From the human T2T-CHM13v2.0 reference genome, Homo sapiens, in assembly GCF_009914755.1 (NCBI RefSeq), contig NC_060928.1: a stretch of DNA of 64,000 nt; one strand, 5' to 3'. The translations under genes and the position numbers were made by a program. Shown in pieces: positions 1-13,879 of the stretch; positions within the stretch are counted from its first letter, which is position 1, and every line of letters starts with the position of its first letter. The notes beneath the pieces were generated by a model. The model made no database searches. It saw only the letters and a list, made by a program, of their open reading frames with translations, and was not told the DNA's origin.

Positions 1-89
1 AATTCTGAGATGAATTTTCTGAGTTGACTGGGCTTGACTTGATAACTTTTTGCCACCCTGGTGATGCCTCAATTGACTCACATTCAGTG

Positions 90-430
90 AAACCATGGTG
101 GTACAGAGAGAATTTCTACCTAGGCTTCAAAACGTGAACTTTCCCTCAGAAAGGGTGACTGCAGTGCTGCTGCGCATCTAACCAGACAGCAGCAAAGGTC
201 ACCACTGGCTCACTAATAGGGCTTTATATCCCAGGCAAACCAGCCAGCAACCTGATGGCAGGATTAACTTACAGGAGATCCTTTTCCATATGGAGAGGCC
301 AGAGATTTATCCTCATAAAAATAAACCTACTAGATATGGATTATTTTTCTTCTCAATGCTTGCAATGCTTCTGTGAAAACTACCATCCTTTGACTTCCTG
401 AATGGTTTATTTATTGTAATGATGTCCCAG
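90..430 (+). pseudogene. ERVL (class III ERV) pol integrase remnant, stop- and frameshift-ridden
   Basis: Fragments translate as QPAT*WQ (from 241), W-R-G-Q-R-F-I-L, and NASVKTTI...EWFI. These match the ERVL integrase core pattern QPATWWQVDYIGPLPSWKGQRFVLTGIDTYSGYGFA...NASAKTTI. Confidence 0.75.
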
Positions 431-1460
431 GGCACTCACAGGGGGAAGATCTAGAAGTTGCTGCAAAATGTCGTGTCTGTGAAGTCCATATGTTTGTGTG
501 CTGCCACTGAGAAAGAAGGCAATGCTTTCTTATTCATACTTTTCTATCTCAAAATTTCATACAAATGTATCTTAGCAAAATGAGAATCACATTGAAGATT
601 TGTTAAAAAAAAAAAAAAGTAAGTTTGATAAATATAGTACCAAGGCTTCTAGCCTTTGCAATACAGAAGAAAAGACTGGAAGGTGTGCAGATGACTACCC
701 ATTGAAATATGGAAAGGCACTGAAAGGTCTTGCCCAGACAGGTAGCATGTACTTGCTTTGCCTTCTAGTCTTCTGCTCCAACATCCATTGCTTGAGTCAG
801 GTGCCTCTCTTTCATTATCTGCGGATTTAGATAAATCATCTTAATTGGCTAATGCAACATGGAAACTATATTCAAGTTTTAAAATAGGTGACATATTTTT
901 CTTAGGAATTGAGGCCTTCACAAGAATTATCACGAACTCTTCATATACTGAAAATTTGCTAATTAGATGCTAAAGTTTAATGACCCAGGCTTCTGGACAA
1001 AGCATCTCATTGTAGGAAATGCAGCTTTTAAGAATACGGTAAAAAGTTTGATCAACACCATAATGCAGAAATTTCAGAGAGGAGTATCTGATGTGCTTGA
1101 GAGAATAATATTTCAACACAATATATTGGTTTAATTGAATCTTGAATGATGAGAGTAAATTAGGTAGTAAAACAAATGGGAAAGATGTACAAAGAAGAAA
1201 GTGGAATAGATGCTAGTGCAACTGTGAAAACATACGCTCCTAATATAATTGGGATATTAGGGTGAGGTGGGAGACATCCTAATCTCTAGAGAAAATAGGA
1301 AACTGCCTTTCCTCTTCCTGAAGAGGTTAAGATTCATTGCACATGTAGGGAAAAATGGATTTCTCAGCAACAGAACTGGATCACTCTAATGGGCAGAGTT
1401 GGTTGGAAGGGGAAGTTTTGCCAGTAAGAATAAGCAGTTATACATAGAACTGAAATGGCC

Positions 1461-1894
1461 ATTTCTTAGTTTATTTGCATTGCAATAAAGAAATACCAGA
1501 GGCTGAGTAATTTATACAGAAGAGAGGTTTATTTGGTTCATAGTTCTGCATGCTGTACATGAAGCATGGTGCCAGCATTTGCTTCTGGTGAGGATTTCAC
1601 TTCACGGTGAGATGGGGGCAAAGGGCAGCTGGCATGTGCAGAGGTCACGTGGCAAAAGAAATTAGAAGCAAAAGAGAAAGGAGAGAGAGAAAATGGAGGT
1701 GGCAGGCTCTTTTTAACAATCAGTTCTCCCAGGAACTAATAGAGCGACTCACCCATTACCCTGAGGGTGACAACAAGTTGTTCATGAGCGATCTGCTCCC
1801 ATGACCCAAGTGCCTCCCACTATGCCCCACTTCCACCACTGAGGATCAAATTTCAACAAGTGATTTGGAGGGAACAAATATCCAAACTATATCA
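1461..1894 (-). mobile_element. MaLR solo LTR, MSTB-like
   Basis: Contains ttagtttatttgcattgcaataaagaaatacc...ggctgagtaatttata and ends GGAGGGAACAAATATCCAAACTATATCA, the reverse complement of the MST start. Confidence 0.85.
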
Positions 1895-4704
1895 GGTTGT
1901 ATGTTCTTTTAACTTACATCATTTGCTTTTAGATTGTTCCATCTCAAGCAACTGCTATGTCCTGTGTAACCTGGAGGAGATATCCAACCTTAGATGATAA
2001 AGAGAAAACCAAGCAGAGCCCATGATGGATAAAGGGCAAGAACAGGCCACAGAAGCATATCTGTCTTAAATTTATTTTCATGGGGTGTTTCTAAGCTTCG
2101 GATGGTCCAGCCCAACTGAAAGGAATCAAAATCCAAGGAGAATTTTGTGGGTCATATGCTAGTAATAAATGACAGGGTACATTTTCCAGCGATGTGTTCT
2201 ATGATATATAGAATTATCAGACTAATAAAATTAGCTACAGAGTAAGTGGTTGGTCAAAGACTTGATAGAATGAAGTCCTTATATTGGCTGTTTCCACCTC
2301 AATTCAGGTAATGTCAAAGGCTCTGTGACAAGGATCTATTTTGTAGATCCTTTTACTAGTAAACGGTGTAATACTGAATAAGATGAAAAAACTTAAAGTC
2401 TGAATAAAAGAAGTTATCCATAGTAGAATATGTGGTAGTCTAAAAGACCTACTTAACTTCATAATTCCTCATTATTTTGGAATAAATTAGTACTCAATTT
2501 TTTTGCAAAGTTCTAAAATATAGGTAGAATTATCTGATAGGCTTTATGTAAGTTGTATAGATAAGGGATCTGCATCTGTGTGCCATTGTATATAGGCTTG
2601 GTGCTATTCCCGTCATAAAAATTAGTCCCACAGCTTGGAATTTAAACTTAACGCTACTGTTTTTGATACTACAAAATAATTTTTCGCTGTGAACCACTGA
2701 AAGGATTTTTTCTCTATCTAATTTTGAGGTTTTCCATCAACAGACACTTAGTGGAGATTTTCTTAGTAAGAGATGGTTTTACATTACATGCTGTAAAATC
2801 ACAGTTCAAAATTACCTGAGTAAATTTATTTTCTTTAACAAGTGCTTTATAAATATTCATTTAAAAAGTCATGTTTATAAATTGAAATGGTCCTTTGTAA
2901 ATGTCCAATTACAATCATTTGACAAGTATAAATACACTTTGTGGCAAACAATAGCCTGATTTATGCAGATCCCATTAGATATGACTGTGAACTATAATTA
3001 TCCTAGTGGACTATAATTTTGCCTGCCCAGTCATTCATAGAGTTTAATATACTCAACTGAGACTGGATTTTCGAAGCTGTTTGTAACAGTGGCAATGATA
3101 TATGTGTCACCACCCTTTCTAATTCTTTTTTTGCTTCAATAAATAATCTCAGCTAGGACCTCATTCATGCCGTTTTGCTCAACTCAACAGGTTCGAAACA
3201 AATTGAGAATAATATTAATAGCAAGTCACTTTTGCTAAGCCTAAAGAATACTTACCTTTGTGGGTATTTTTTCTTTTTTGTATATTTGGTCATTAGAGGT
3301 TAAACACAATGTTAGTTAAATTATTGCCTTGATGAAGTAAATTGCCTATTTTAGAGAGTATTATATAAGGGTAAGAAATTGCAGCTAAAACATGGAAGTC
3401 AAGTTTGAAAAAAAACTTGGATGTTTACTTTCCTATTTTAAATTCATGACCTATCACTTCTCCTGACTTGGTAGATAAAATCGGTCTTTAAAATTTAATA
3501 TGCTATTAGTAATTGCTCATAGTAATGTATAACCCAACTTCATCACAAGAGAGCATATAAATAGAGTCCCTTTAGCAAGATGTTTGCATGATACCAAAAC
3601 AACCAGGTAGTTCAGACAAATCACCCAATTTAGTGCCATTCAAAAATTCAGTGATGTGAACACAATATTAAATAACACTGTCCTGATCCTGAACCATCTC
3701 TATGATTGCAGTTTTTGAATTAACATTACAAATAGTTGTTGAATATAGCACTATTTTTCTGATTTTGGATGACACTGTGTAGAACAAAATCTATTGTCAT
3801 AGAGCAATTATTTCATTTCTTCACAAACTAGCAGGAAGATTCAACTTAGGGCAAGTTTTCTTTCCAAAATTTTGCTAGTATAATATTATTTTTTAACATT
3901 TTGTAATATAAAAGTAAGGTAAGCTTACAGCAAAACAGAAAATTATAGAATAGAATGTAGAAATCCTAAATTAAATTTTTAAAGGAAAAATACTTGTTTT
4001 ACAATGCAAATCATTTTTTATCATACTCATTTATTAAAGCTACTCTTCCCTGAAAGTGCCTGCAAACTGTCATCAGTATTTGTTCCTGAGCTGTTTCTAC
4101 AAAACAAACTCAACCGTTTAATGACACCAGCTTTTAGCATCTGCTTTCATTATCATTATATGAGGCAGTGCTATGCTGTGGCACCCCGTGCCTTTGGAAC
4201 AAGAATGCTGGACCCTGGACCTTTAGAATGAGTTACAGAGTTTTCCTGAATACAGTATTGTGTTCTATGCCAATACAGGGATAGTGATGTTTCTCTTACA
4301 TTTTGCAGTTTCACTATGCTAGATGAGTTTCAAAACAATGCTAATTTTTCTCTAGACATATAATGGAAATTTAACAAAAACACCCTTTTCAGTTTTTATT
4401 TACAGACTTATCTCGATCTTAAAGTCAGTCATGAGCCCGTAGGTGTTGGGGCATGGTATAGTGAAGATGGGGATAAATGTGAATTTTAAGCAACAGATAG
4501 CACTTATAAAACCCAGAGACTGAAAGGCTACCATCTTGTGATTTCAGGCAGGTGTGCAAGACTCTCCTTGGAGAGTTCTACTTCAGGACTTTGTTTCTTT
4601 CCCAAGAGGCTTCTAATCTCCTTTGCTTGAAGGTCTGCCCTGGCACCTCAGTTCTCTCCCAAAAGTCCATAAATGCCTACAACCTGACAAAGAGTTCAGT
4701 TTAG

Positions 4705-5077
<373 letters not shown>

Positions 5078-5254
5078 AATTCTATGTATACTAAATGTAA
5101 TGATAAATGTACTTTTATTGATTTTCATCCTCATTCTCTAACATTTGGGTTTTTATGTTTTGTTATTGTAAATATTTTTCCTTTTAACTGTTGTTTGTAT
5201 TAAGTGTTTCTTTTGGATCACTTTGTTATTGTCTATATTAAGAGTTATTTTTTT

Positions 5255-5419
5255 AATTAGCCGGGTGTGGTGGCGGGCACCTGTAGTCCCAGCTACTCAG
5301 GAGGCTGAGGCAGCAGAATTTCGTGAACCCAAGAGGCAGAGTTTGCTGTGAGCCGAGACTGCGCCACTACACTCCAGCCTGGGCGACAAGGCCAGACTCC
5401 GTTCCAAAAAAAAAAAAAA
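5255..5419 (+). mobile_element. 5'-truncated Alu (right monomer only, AluY-like)
   Basis: AATTAGCCGGGTGTGGTGGCGGGCACCTGTAGTCCC...CGTGAACCC followed by a poly(A) tail; no left arm. Confidence 0.9.
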
Positions 5420-6732
5420 GTTTTTTTTTTCAATTTTATTTACTTGGAGTTAAGATTAAGTAGAAGTGGGTTGACACCCACATGATATTTTTTTTCCACA
5501 ACAATTGCAATGTGAGAAAAAATGCTAAGCTCTTAAATTACTGTGGTCTATGTCCATTAAACTTCCAGTCAATTTTGAAGATGATGTATTATACTACCTC
5601 AGAGGATGCTTGTGATGAATTCCCTTGCACACCAAGAAATTACAGTTTCTATATAACTGCCTTCTATACATAACACAACCTTTGGTCTATAATTTCTGTA
5701 CTCATGTTCAAGAACCATAAAGTCCCGGATTTCACATTCAAATGTCATTATTAACTGTTTTGCTGAGAATAAAATAAATTTTGAGAGAAAAAAAAGCACC
5801 AAAAACCAGTGTCATAGGATCATTCACGCTCCGTCTGTTGTTCCTCTCTCTCCTATGACAACCTCAAGGCACATTAAAAGTATTGAGTGCTCCCTAAAAA
5901 ATACCAGTACAATAGACCCACTCTGAGAGATGAAATCAGAAGAGTTCAAAAGTAAAAGGAATGTTCTCTTTCTCAGTAGGCTGGTTAATTTTATATACAC
6001 TCATTTGATTGATTTTTAACACTGATGGAAAGAAAGTAACTTTTCAGTGCAGAAACAATTACAGCAGGAGCTGCTATCCTTTACTGAAGGAACAATGCTA
6101 TTTATAAAGGAAGAAAATTACAAAGGTTTGTTTCCTGCTGCTAATTTTGCTAGGGCACTGAATTAGTATGATACTGCTGGGAGCTGCGGGAGACCTTTAT
6201 GATACATGAGCAGGAAGGAGCTGACCTGATGTGTAGCATTAATCATCAACAGCTCCAGTTAGCGCGTGTGTCAACCAGAGGCCAGAGAGGGATTGCCCCA
6301 GGCCCCTACCCCCCAAAGTCAGTATGGAAGGTAATTCTAAGTAACAGCTAAAGTGACCCAAGTCATTGATTAATTTTTGACTTGAATCATTTAGAGATAA
6401 GAAACTAAATTCTTGGTGGGAACAAATAGTTATGTTAAAGGAAAATCAACAATATAATTAGTTCATCTGTATTTTCTCTTTTTAGCTTGGCATGATTTGT
6501 ATATTTGCTACAGCTGCTATAAGGAAGTTCCACAGACAGTGGGGCTTCAACAACAGAAATTATTGTCTCAGTTCTGGATGTTAGACATCTGACCTCGAGG
6601 TACGGACAGGCGTGGTTACTTCTGAAGTCCAGATCTCTCCCATGGCTTCTGGAGGTTTGCGGGCAATCTTTGGGACTCCTGGGCCTGGAGAAACATCACC
6701 TCATCTCCGCTTTCATGTTTATATGGCATTCA

Positions 6733-6734
<2 letters not shown>

Positions 6735-6776
<42 letters not shown>
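6735..6776. repeat. (GT)21 microsatellite
   Basis: Perfect GT run read directly. Confidence 0.98.
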
Positions 6777-6780
<4 letters not shown>

Positions 6781-6841
6781 CAAATTTCCCCTATTTTAAA
6801 AAAAATAAGATCAATCATATTAGGATCCACCATAACGACAT

Positions 6842-7838
6842 AGAGAGCAGCAGGAGACTGTCAAATGCCTATGCAGAGAGGAGCGGGCCCCTGGTGAAAC
6901 CCTACCTCTGAGCCAAAGATAGTTTAAAGCCTGAGAGCCAAGGTACAAATTAAATCCTTGGACCAAGTTGAGAAACTGTCTTCACATTTGGTGTGCTTTC
7001 CTCTGATTTATCCTTACCCTTTACCTATTTTACATATACCTACCCCTTACTAATTGGTTTTCTACACTGTTGTGCCCACCTTTGAGTGGTATCTTTGCTT
7101 TAACCTTTTTTTGCATACTCACAACTAATCAGCATGCACTCCCCATCCTGTGTCTATAAAGACCACAGACTCAGTCAGTAGAAGGGGAGACAGCCTGACT
7201 TCAGGGAAGAGACAACCTGACTTTGGGGAAGATGACCTGTGCTTCCTGTCCTCCCTCCATCTCCCCTCTCTGCTGAAAGCCATTTTCATCACTCAATAAA
7301 ATTCTCTGACTTCACCATCCGTCAACTGTCTGCATAATCTCATTCTTCTTGGATGCCAGAAAAGAGCTCGGGAACCACTGGTTGTGGGTAACCAGAAAGG
7401 CTGTCACACCGGCCCTTTGCCCTCACTGGCGGAGGGCAGTTGCCCCATACAATGAGGCAAGGGGCCAACTGAGCTGCCAACACACTCCTGTTCGTGGATG
7501 GCAGAACTACATGAGCACTGTAACTTTGCTTTGGGGCCACAGGCACCTTCACTTGGGCACTACCACATTCCCCTTGAGGCAATACACCTTGTCTGGCTGT
7601 GGGCCCTGCAGAACTCACTCCTGTGTCAGCGGCTGGAGCGACTGGCAGGATCCCACACTCACTCACCAGCACCTTCTCTGGCCATGGGCCCTGTACAGAG
7701 CTTGCTCCTGTGTTTGGCACCTGGAGTGGCTGGCCAGATCCTGCACTTGCTCACTCACATGCTCCCTCTTCTAAGGGGTTGAGCATAGCAAGCCCCTGTT
7801 ATGAGTCCAGCAAAGGGGCCAAGAAAAATCCTACAGCA
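6842..7838 (+). mobile_element. ERV1 solo LTR, LTR27/LTR28-like
   Basis: 4-bp TSD ACAT at 6838-6841 and 7839-7842; ends in CA; TATAAA at ~7156 and AATAAA at ~7294; start GAGAGCAGCAGGAG..CAAATGCCTA..CAGA..GGGCCCCTGGTGAAACCC resembles this family. Confidence 0.8.
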
Positions 7839-8264
7839 ACATCATTTTATATCTGTAAAGACTCTGTCTCCAATAAGATCACATAATGAGGTACTGAGAG
7901 GTAGGAGTTCAACATATCGGTAACATAATTTAGGGGGGCTGGCAAATTCAACTCAGAATATGATCATAAAATAACTAGTGAATAAGTCAGAATTTTAATC
8001 TATAGCCAAAACAATTTAAAGTTTGCTTGAGGGATGAAACATGCACTTATCAAAAAGTTTGTTGGGATAGAATATGGAAATCTATGCATATTAAAGCTCT
8101 CTGAAATATTTTCAAATTAAAATGTTATTGTTGTATTGGCTATAAAGGTAGAATCATTGAATGTTAGCTCTGGAACCCAGTTTTTTACATTAGAAAACCA
8201 ATGTCATTGTGCTTTGAAAATCTTGCAGAAATTACAAAGCCAAATCAGAAGCAGAACATGCTAG

Positions 8265-8888
8265 TGAGAGAGGAGGCAGTTAGAGACTGGTTAGACAGAG
8301 AGGGAGGTCTCGGGAGAGAGGCAATAGTCACAGGAACACCTGCGGGACAGCACCAACACTGCCTCTGCAGCTAGCAAAAGAAATGTGGTTAAGAGCTTCC
8401 TCCTATGCCAGGATGTCTGCTTAGAAGGACTGTCCTAACCTAGGTGAAGGCACAATAAATCAATCTAAATGTCGTTAACTTAACCCAGCTCATTATAACA
8501 TCATTAACATGACATTAGCATTGTGGTTTTAGTCCCCCCACCCATGGGTTTTGCTTAGCCACTCATAGGTAACAACTAAGATGGAGTCACTATGGCCAAC
8601 CCCAGGCAAGCGCAGATGCAATAACCCTAGGAGGGAATTTTACCCCTCCCATTAAGGCAAAACCCACAGAAGACTTCCTTATTTCTTCCACATGAAGGTC
8701 CCCAACCACAGATACCCTGGAAGCAACCTACTTTCAGGGTCCCCTCTCACAGCTGAGAGCTTTCCTTTCACTTAATAAATCCTACTCTATCTTACTTACT
8801 CCCCAGTGTCCATGTGCCTTACTCTTCTTGGCTGTGGGACAAGAGCCCAGACCTCATTGAACACCAGGGGCAAAAGGAGACTGAAACA
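8265..8888 (+). mobile_element. ERV1 solo LTR (LTR29-like, subfamily tentative)
   Basis: TG...CA termini, 4-bp TSD CTAG at 8261-8264 and 8889-8892, AATAAA at ~8774. Confidence 0.8.
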
Positions 8889-8974
8889 CTAGTACTGTAT
8901 AAATCTTGATGGAACCCCTGCAACAGAGGGCAGGCACAGTTTACTCTTTCTAGGTGTGTTTTGTAGCTATCAGG

Positions 8975-9091
8975 TCTTTCACCTTTTGGTGAAACATGCA
9001 ATCACACCTTAGCAGATCTCTTTCACCTTCTGGTGAAACATGCAAGTAAAACTCACCTTCCAGTGAAACATGCAAAATTATAAAACATGCA
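8975..9091. repeat. Imperfect interspaced repeat of a ~27-bp hairpin unit TCTTTCACCTTYTGGTGAAACATGCAA (3 copies plus a partial)
   Basis: Copies at 8975-9001, 9019-9045 and 9053-9075; partial AAACATGCA at 9083-9091. Confidence 0.85.
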
Positions 9092-10289
9092 CTTTTTTAA
9101 AAATTGCAGTATGAGTTAAATTATCATGCATTACTCGTGAAATGAAGAGTAAATTTTAAATATACACATTGTACCTCTATGAGCAAATAACATTTTTATC
9201 AGAAAAGCAAATCATTGTCAAAGATAATTCACATATTGCGTGTCAGTGCTCAACATAATTGTATTTTAAATTTCATAAGCCATGTAACATCTCCATTGTT
9301 ATAAAACCACTACAGAAGTAACTGCATACAAAGGTTTTTTATCATTTTTTTACGTGGTAAATACCGATGTGAACATGATAATGTTTTCAGTCGTCAGTGA
9401 CCATGTTGGACATATCTTGAAAACACATTTACTTTCCACAAGATCCATGTATACTGGGGTTGACAATTATACTGATAGAAAACTGTTCCTAAGGCAGATT
9501 AAATTTGGAGTTTTTTGTTTGTTTTTTGTTTTGTTTTACTTTTATTGCTTTTTAAGCCATGCAGTTGTGGGAGGCCTATTTGCATATTCATAGTCTTCCT
9601 TCAATCTGGTTTAGAATATGGAGTTTTTGGCTCCCTAAGGCTATTTCTAATGGTTAGGTACACGGTAGCAAGTCTGACCACTGGCCTACTCTCATATTCA
9701 GCTAATTATGTTTCACAAGAAGATCTTGACACAGTCACAACATTTTGCAACTTGTCTTTTCTCCAGAACATTTAAAGCTTTTCTAGAATATTGTGTATCC
9801 TGCCGCTGTGCCATTTGCCTGTGTTTAGTCAATTGAGAGACTTTGATGCATTATATTATGATGAAAACAGGCCATGGTTGCCAACATGAAATAACAACTG
9901 CAATACAGTGATATAACTTACATGAGAGCTTTATAAGTTTGATAAGTATGTCTGCCATGCCTATTTTTTTATTTTACTAAACTATGTCTTTAGAAGCAGA
10001 TCTATAGACAATAATATTATTTTTAGCAATGAGAGTTTATATTTGTGAAATAGTTTTTAGAAAAATATCTACTAGAATGCTAAAATAATTTTAAGTATTA
10101 GAATCTTGTAAATTACCAATTTTCTTTATAGTTAAACTTACTGTGCTTACCAGGGCTAACTCCCTGCAAGACCTAGCAGAATGTGTTCCACGTAATAGAT
10201 GATCAGCAGATACTGATTGAATAAAACTGTTATGAGAATAATCAATAATTACCTCTAGCTTTAAAAATGCACTAGACTCAAAGTGCTTA

Positions 10290-10460
10290 AAATTAATTAT
10301 CCTATTTACTGATCATAGCAGCGGTGGGAAATAAGTATGTACTATTATCACGCCCATTTTGAAGAGGAGAAAAACGCTACATAACGTGCTAAATGTAACA
10401 AAGAGAGTAGAGATAGGTTTTACACCCAGATTTTGATTTAGCTTCAGAACCCATGCTATT
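10290..10460 (-). mobile_element. MIR fragment
   Basis: Degenerate MIR core tattatcacgcccattttgaagaggagaaaa...acccagattttga..cagaacccatgct. Confidence 0.55.
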
Positions 10461-11624
10461 ATAATGATTATGTCATATTACTTTTTAAATGTGAAGATAT
10501 TTAAAAAATAAAAAGAGCTGGAAAACGTTTTGTTTTTATTACAGAATAATCTTATACTGTAGAGCAGCATTGAACTTCTTGAAAAAGTTCCATGGAACTG
10601 TTAAAAAAAGAAATGCCTAGGCCGGGTCAAAGCAGCTTGGGTGCTTTCTTTAATGAATTTATGTTTAGGATTATGGGCATCAGACACACTTGCAATGAAT
10701 TAGCAGGCATGAACTTTCATAGGTTCTCACCATGAAGAACCTTTCAATAGAAAAAAATGTAAATATTAAGTAACAAGTCTCCCCTACGAATGGCCTCAAT
10801 GCTAAAGTTTTTACGTTTTTAGGGTTACTCGTGTGTGGCACATCAATCATGGAAAAGAATTGTGGATTATCTAGTTGCAAATCACCACTCAACAGATTTT
10901 TGTAAAACCTCATTATTTTGACAAGGTCCAACTTATCCTGAACTGTTATTTAAAATACATAAAATATACATAATGCATGGAGATATGATTATATAGAGTA
11001 GAAATAAACCCTGTGACATTATATGACCCCTTGTGTTAATTTTGATAACAATATGATAATTATTTGACCATACCTGAGTCATATGTCCTGGCACCGAAAG
11101 CATTTTCTCATTTAAAAGCCATTATTACTTGTAAAATTGACTCTCATGTGTAAGCAATGTTATGTATTTGTTTCATTTTTAGAAAATCTCAATTTTATAT
11201 GCTTTTAATGAAAATAAGTTTTTTTAAAAATTGCTATTGATTTTTAAGGGGTGAGAGAGAGCAAATAATGAGAGTTTAAAGCAAGCAGTGACATGTCTAG
11301 ATTTTTAAACAAGATTTTATAGCTATAACAAGGAGGTAGATATGGTTGACGTGTGAATTTGAGGAATAAATCCAATGTAAGGAGAACAGAGGAGGAAGAG
11401 ACACTGCTGTATTTAGCAGCCGGTTGTTTATTTAGAATTGATTACCTGGGCTAATCCCAACTGTTGTAGAATTACTCAGTTAAAGGCTCTTTTGATGTGG
11501 GGTGATTTATCCTAATCCCTGAAATTATAAAGTATTTATGACTGCCTGGTAAATACAATTTTGGGATTTTAAAGAACAGAGTAAACAGGATCAGCTGCAT
11601 TTGTACAATTCTGAGATTTCTAGT

Positions 11625-12584
11625 TGTCTCAGTTAGTCTGGGTAGCTGTAACAGAATATTATAGACTAGAATGGCTTAAACAACATAAATTTATTTCTCA
11701 TAACTCTGGAGGTTGGGAAGTCCAAGATTAGGGTGCCACAAAGATTGGGTTCTGATGAAGGTCTTCTTCCTGTTTCACCAATGGCTGTCTTCTTGCTGTG
11801 CCTTAACATGGAGGAAAATAGTGTAGAGGTGAAGGGAAAGCTGCCCCTTTGCCCTCTGAAGTTTCACTGAAAATCAACTGACAAAAGTTTAACAGGAAAA
11901 AAGGAATAGGAAATTTATTTTAATGTGCATAGCACATGCCAATTGCAGCAGAAAAATTATTCAATAACTCAATAATTACTCAATAACTTAATTGTAGATG
12001 CTTATATACTTCTTTTTTTTCCATAGGAGAAAGGGAGATGGGGAAATATGGATGATTTTAAAGGAGATATTATTATTTTTAAGGGGATTCAATGGGCTTG
12101 GAGAACACACAGTGGCCTGGAACCACGTCTGTTGGGCCCACAAAGCAGAAAATGGTTTGTGACAAAAGTCTGTCCAAGTGTAACATACTTCAGTCTTTCT
12201 GCAAGATGGCTTAAGTTAATGAAAACTCAGGGGAGGAACCTAAAGTAGTTGTTTTCTTCCTTGGTTGGTCTGAACTTTAAGCAAATAAGAGAATATCAGA
12301 GTAAACCTTCTTGTAGTATCTGCTGGATTCCAAGAGCCTTTAATTTAAAATAATCAGCATACCAGGGTGCTATATTTGAGGTTTAAATTCCTTGGTCTTT
12401 AGCAGAGATGGAGGAAGCAAGCTCTTCCCTGTCTCTTGTTAGAAAGGCATTAATCCCATTTATGAGGGCTCTACCTTCATGACCTAATTTCCTCCCAAAG
12501 TCTCCATCTCTGAATACTATCACATTGCAGATAAGATTTTCAACACATAAATTTTGGGGGGACACAAACATTCAGTCTACAGCA
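11625..12584 (-). mobile_element. MLT1A/MSTD-like MaLR LTR, split by an ERV1 LTR at ~11822-12404
   Basis: ctggaggttgggaagtccaagatt at 11625-11821 resumes at ~12405 and ends ggacacaaacattcagtctacagca. Confidence 0.75.
11822..12404 (-). mobile_element. ERV1 solo LTR, MER34-group
   Basis: Begins tgtagaggtgaagggaaagc..ccctttgccctctgaag; the minus-strand start reads ...caaatatagcaccctggtatgctgattattttaaattaaaggc, similar to MER34/MER39. Confidence 0.6.
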
Positions 12585-13879
12585 TTACTTCTTTTTGTTT
12601 AAATTGTCTCAACCATTGTGTTGAAATACTGCAAACAAAATATGAAAGATTTTCTTTATTGAGCACTAGTTTACCTTCTTCTGAAAACAAGCATACATGT
12701 GGGCATGGTGTATAGTATTGTTGATTTATGTTTAAAACACCTAGGCAAATACATGTTAGGGTAGAGGTGTGACTACTGTGAAGGACTGAAGCATGCTTGG
12801 ACTACTGGTCTGTGCATTTTGGAAAGGTTATAAATATCACTTATTACATGATGTACACCAATACAAAAGAGTGAAGTTGCTGCAGGGCATCTACTAATGG
12901 ATTCATACCAACATTTATAATGGGTTGAGAAGTAATTTAGTCAAGTAGAATTCTCTCATTTCCAATTATATAAGAGAAGCCAGCCTTCTGGGTCTGGGCC
13001 ACCTATTCAGTATGAGCCTTGACTGAGATTGTATCTCCATTCACAAGAAAAGCATCACTGTCCAGTGCTCCAGGATTAATCACTTGAAGGGCTTGGTGAT
13101 AGGTTTCCTCTGTTTAGTGGAACTGGCAGCAAGAGACCCCGTTTCACTGGGGAATTCATTTTCCCTATAGCTTTATTGGGCTTCTTAGTGTTGCAGGATC
13201 CTTGGGGTGTTGCTCTTCTCACCAGAAACCTGTGGCTGGTGGTACCTTTTCCTTGGGTCTGCTGAGTTTTCCTTGGGCCTGCTGGGCTCATTCCACTCAC
13301 TTGGCCTGGAAGGCTGTGCATGGCTCACTCTACCATCCTGGATCCCACGCCTCCAAGAGAGACTGTGAGTCAGGAATGGAGCTATGATGGGGGTGTGAGC
13401 AAGCCTGGTGTTTGGCCACTGCCCAGTACGACATGCCGGCTGCTGCCACTGGGAGGGCAGCTCCAGGTGCCGGCATAGGTCCTGGCATAGTCACCGGCTG
13501 TGTGAGGCTGTGGTTGGACCAACAACACTGCAAGCAGTTTGGAATGGTGGTGCATTGGCGCCCAGAAGCTTGGAGATGCCAGGAACCGCAGGGCCCCAAA
13601 GAGGGAGTTACATTCTTGGCTCAGGGAGCTCCCAGGTGTAGGCTCCCCGAAGGACCATAGCTTTTCTCTCCCTCTCCTTGCCCACAACGTGGCGAGCAAG
13701 GAGCATGTTTCAGCCCTGTTTGGGTTACAGAATGGCAAGCTCTTTTAGCCTTGCCATTCTGCAGGTCCCAATTTCTTGTCCTGTGACCAGGAAGAATGAG
13801 GTATGCAGACAAGTGGAGAATGAGCAAGGGGAAGAGGAGCTTTATTGAGCAATAGAACAGCTCAGAGGAAACCTGCAGA

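Larger units (their letters stand above)
6498..7959 (-). mobile_element. MLT1 (MLT1C-like) MaLR LTR, split by an ERV1 LTR inserted at 6842-7838
   Basis: MLT1 text at 6498-6841 (acaacagaaattattgtctcagttctgg) resumes at 7839 (tctgtaaagactctgtctccaataagatcaca). Confidence 0.75.

Noticed and set aside
2330-2352. 9-bp hairpin AAGGATCTA/TAGATCCTT, and a 10-bp inverted pair at 5810-5860
   Set aside because: Short, isolated stems expected by chance in 64 kb; too short for a pre-miRNA and no TSD to suggest a MITE.
8975-9091. CRISPR-like array
   Set aside because: Human DNA, only three degenerate units, spacers of 17 and 7 nt, and no cas genes.
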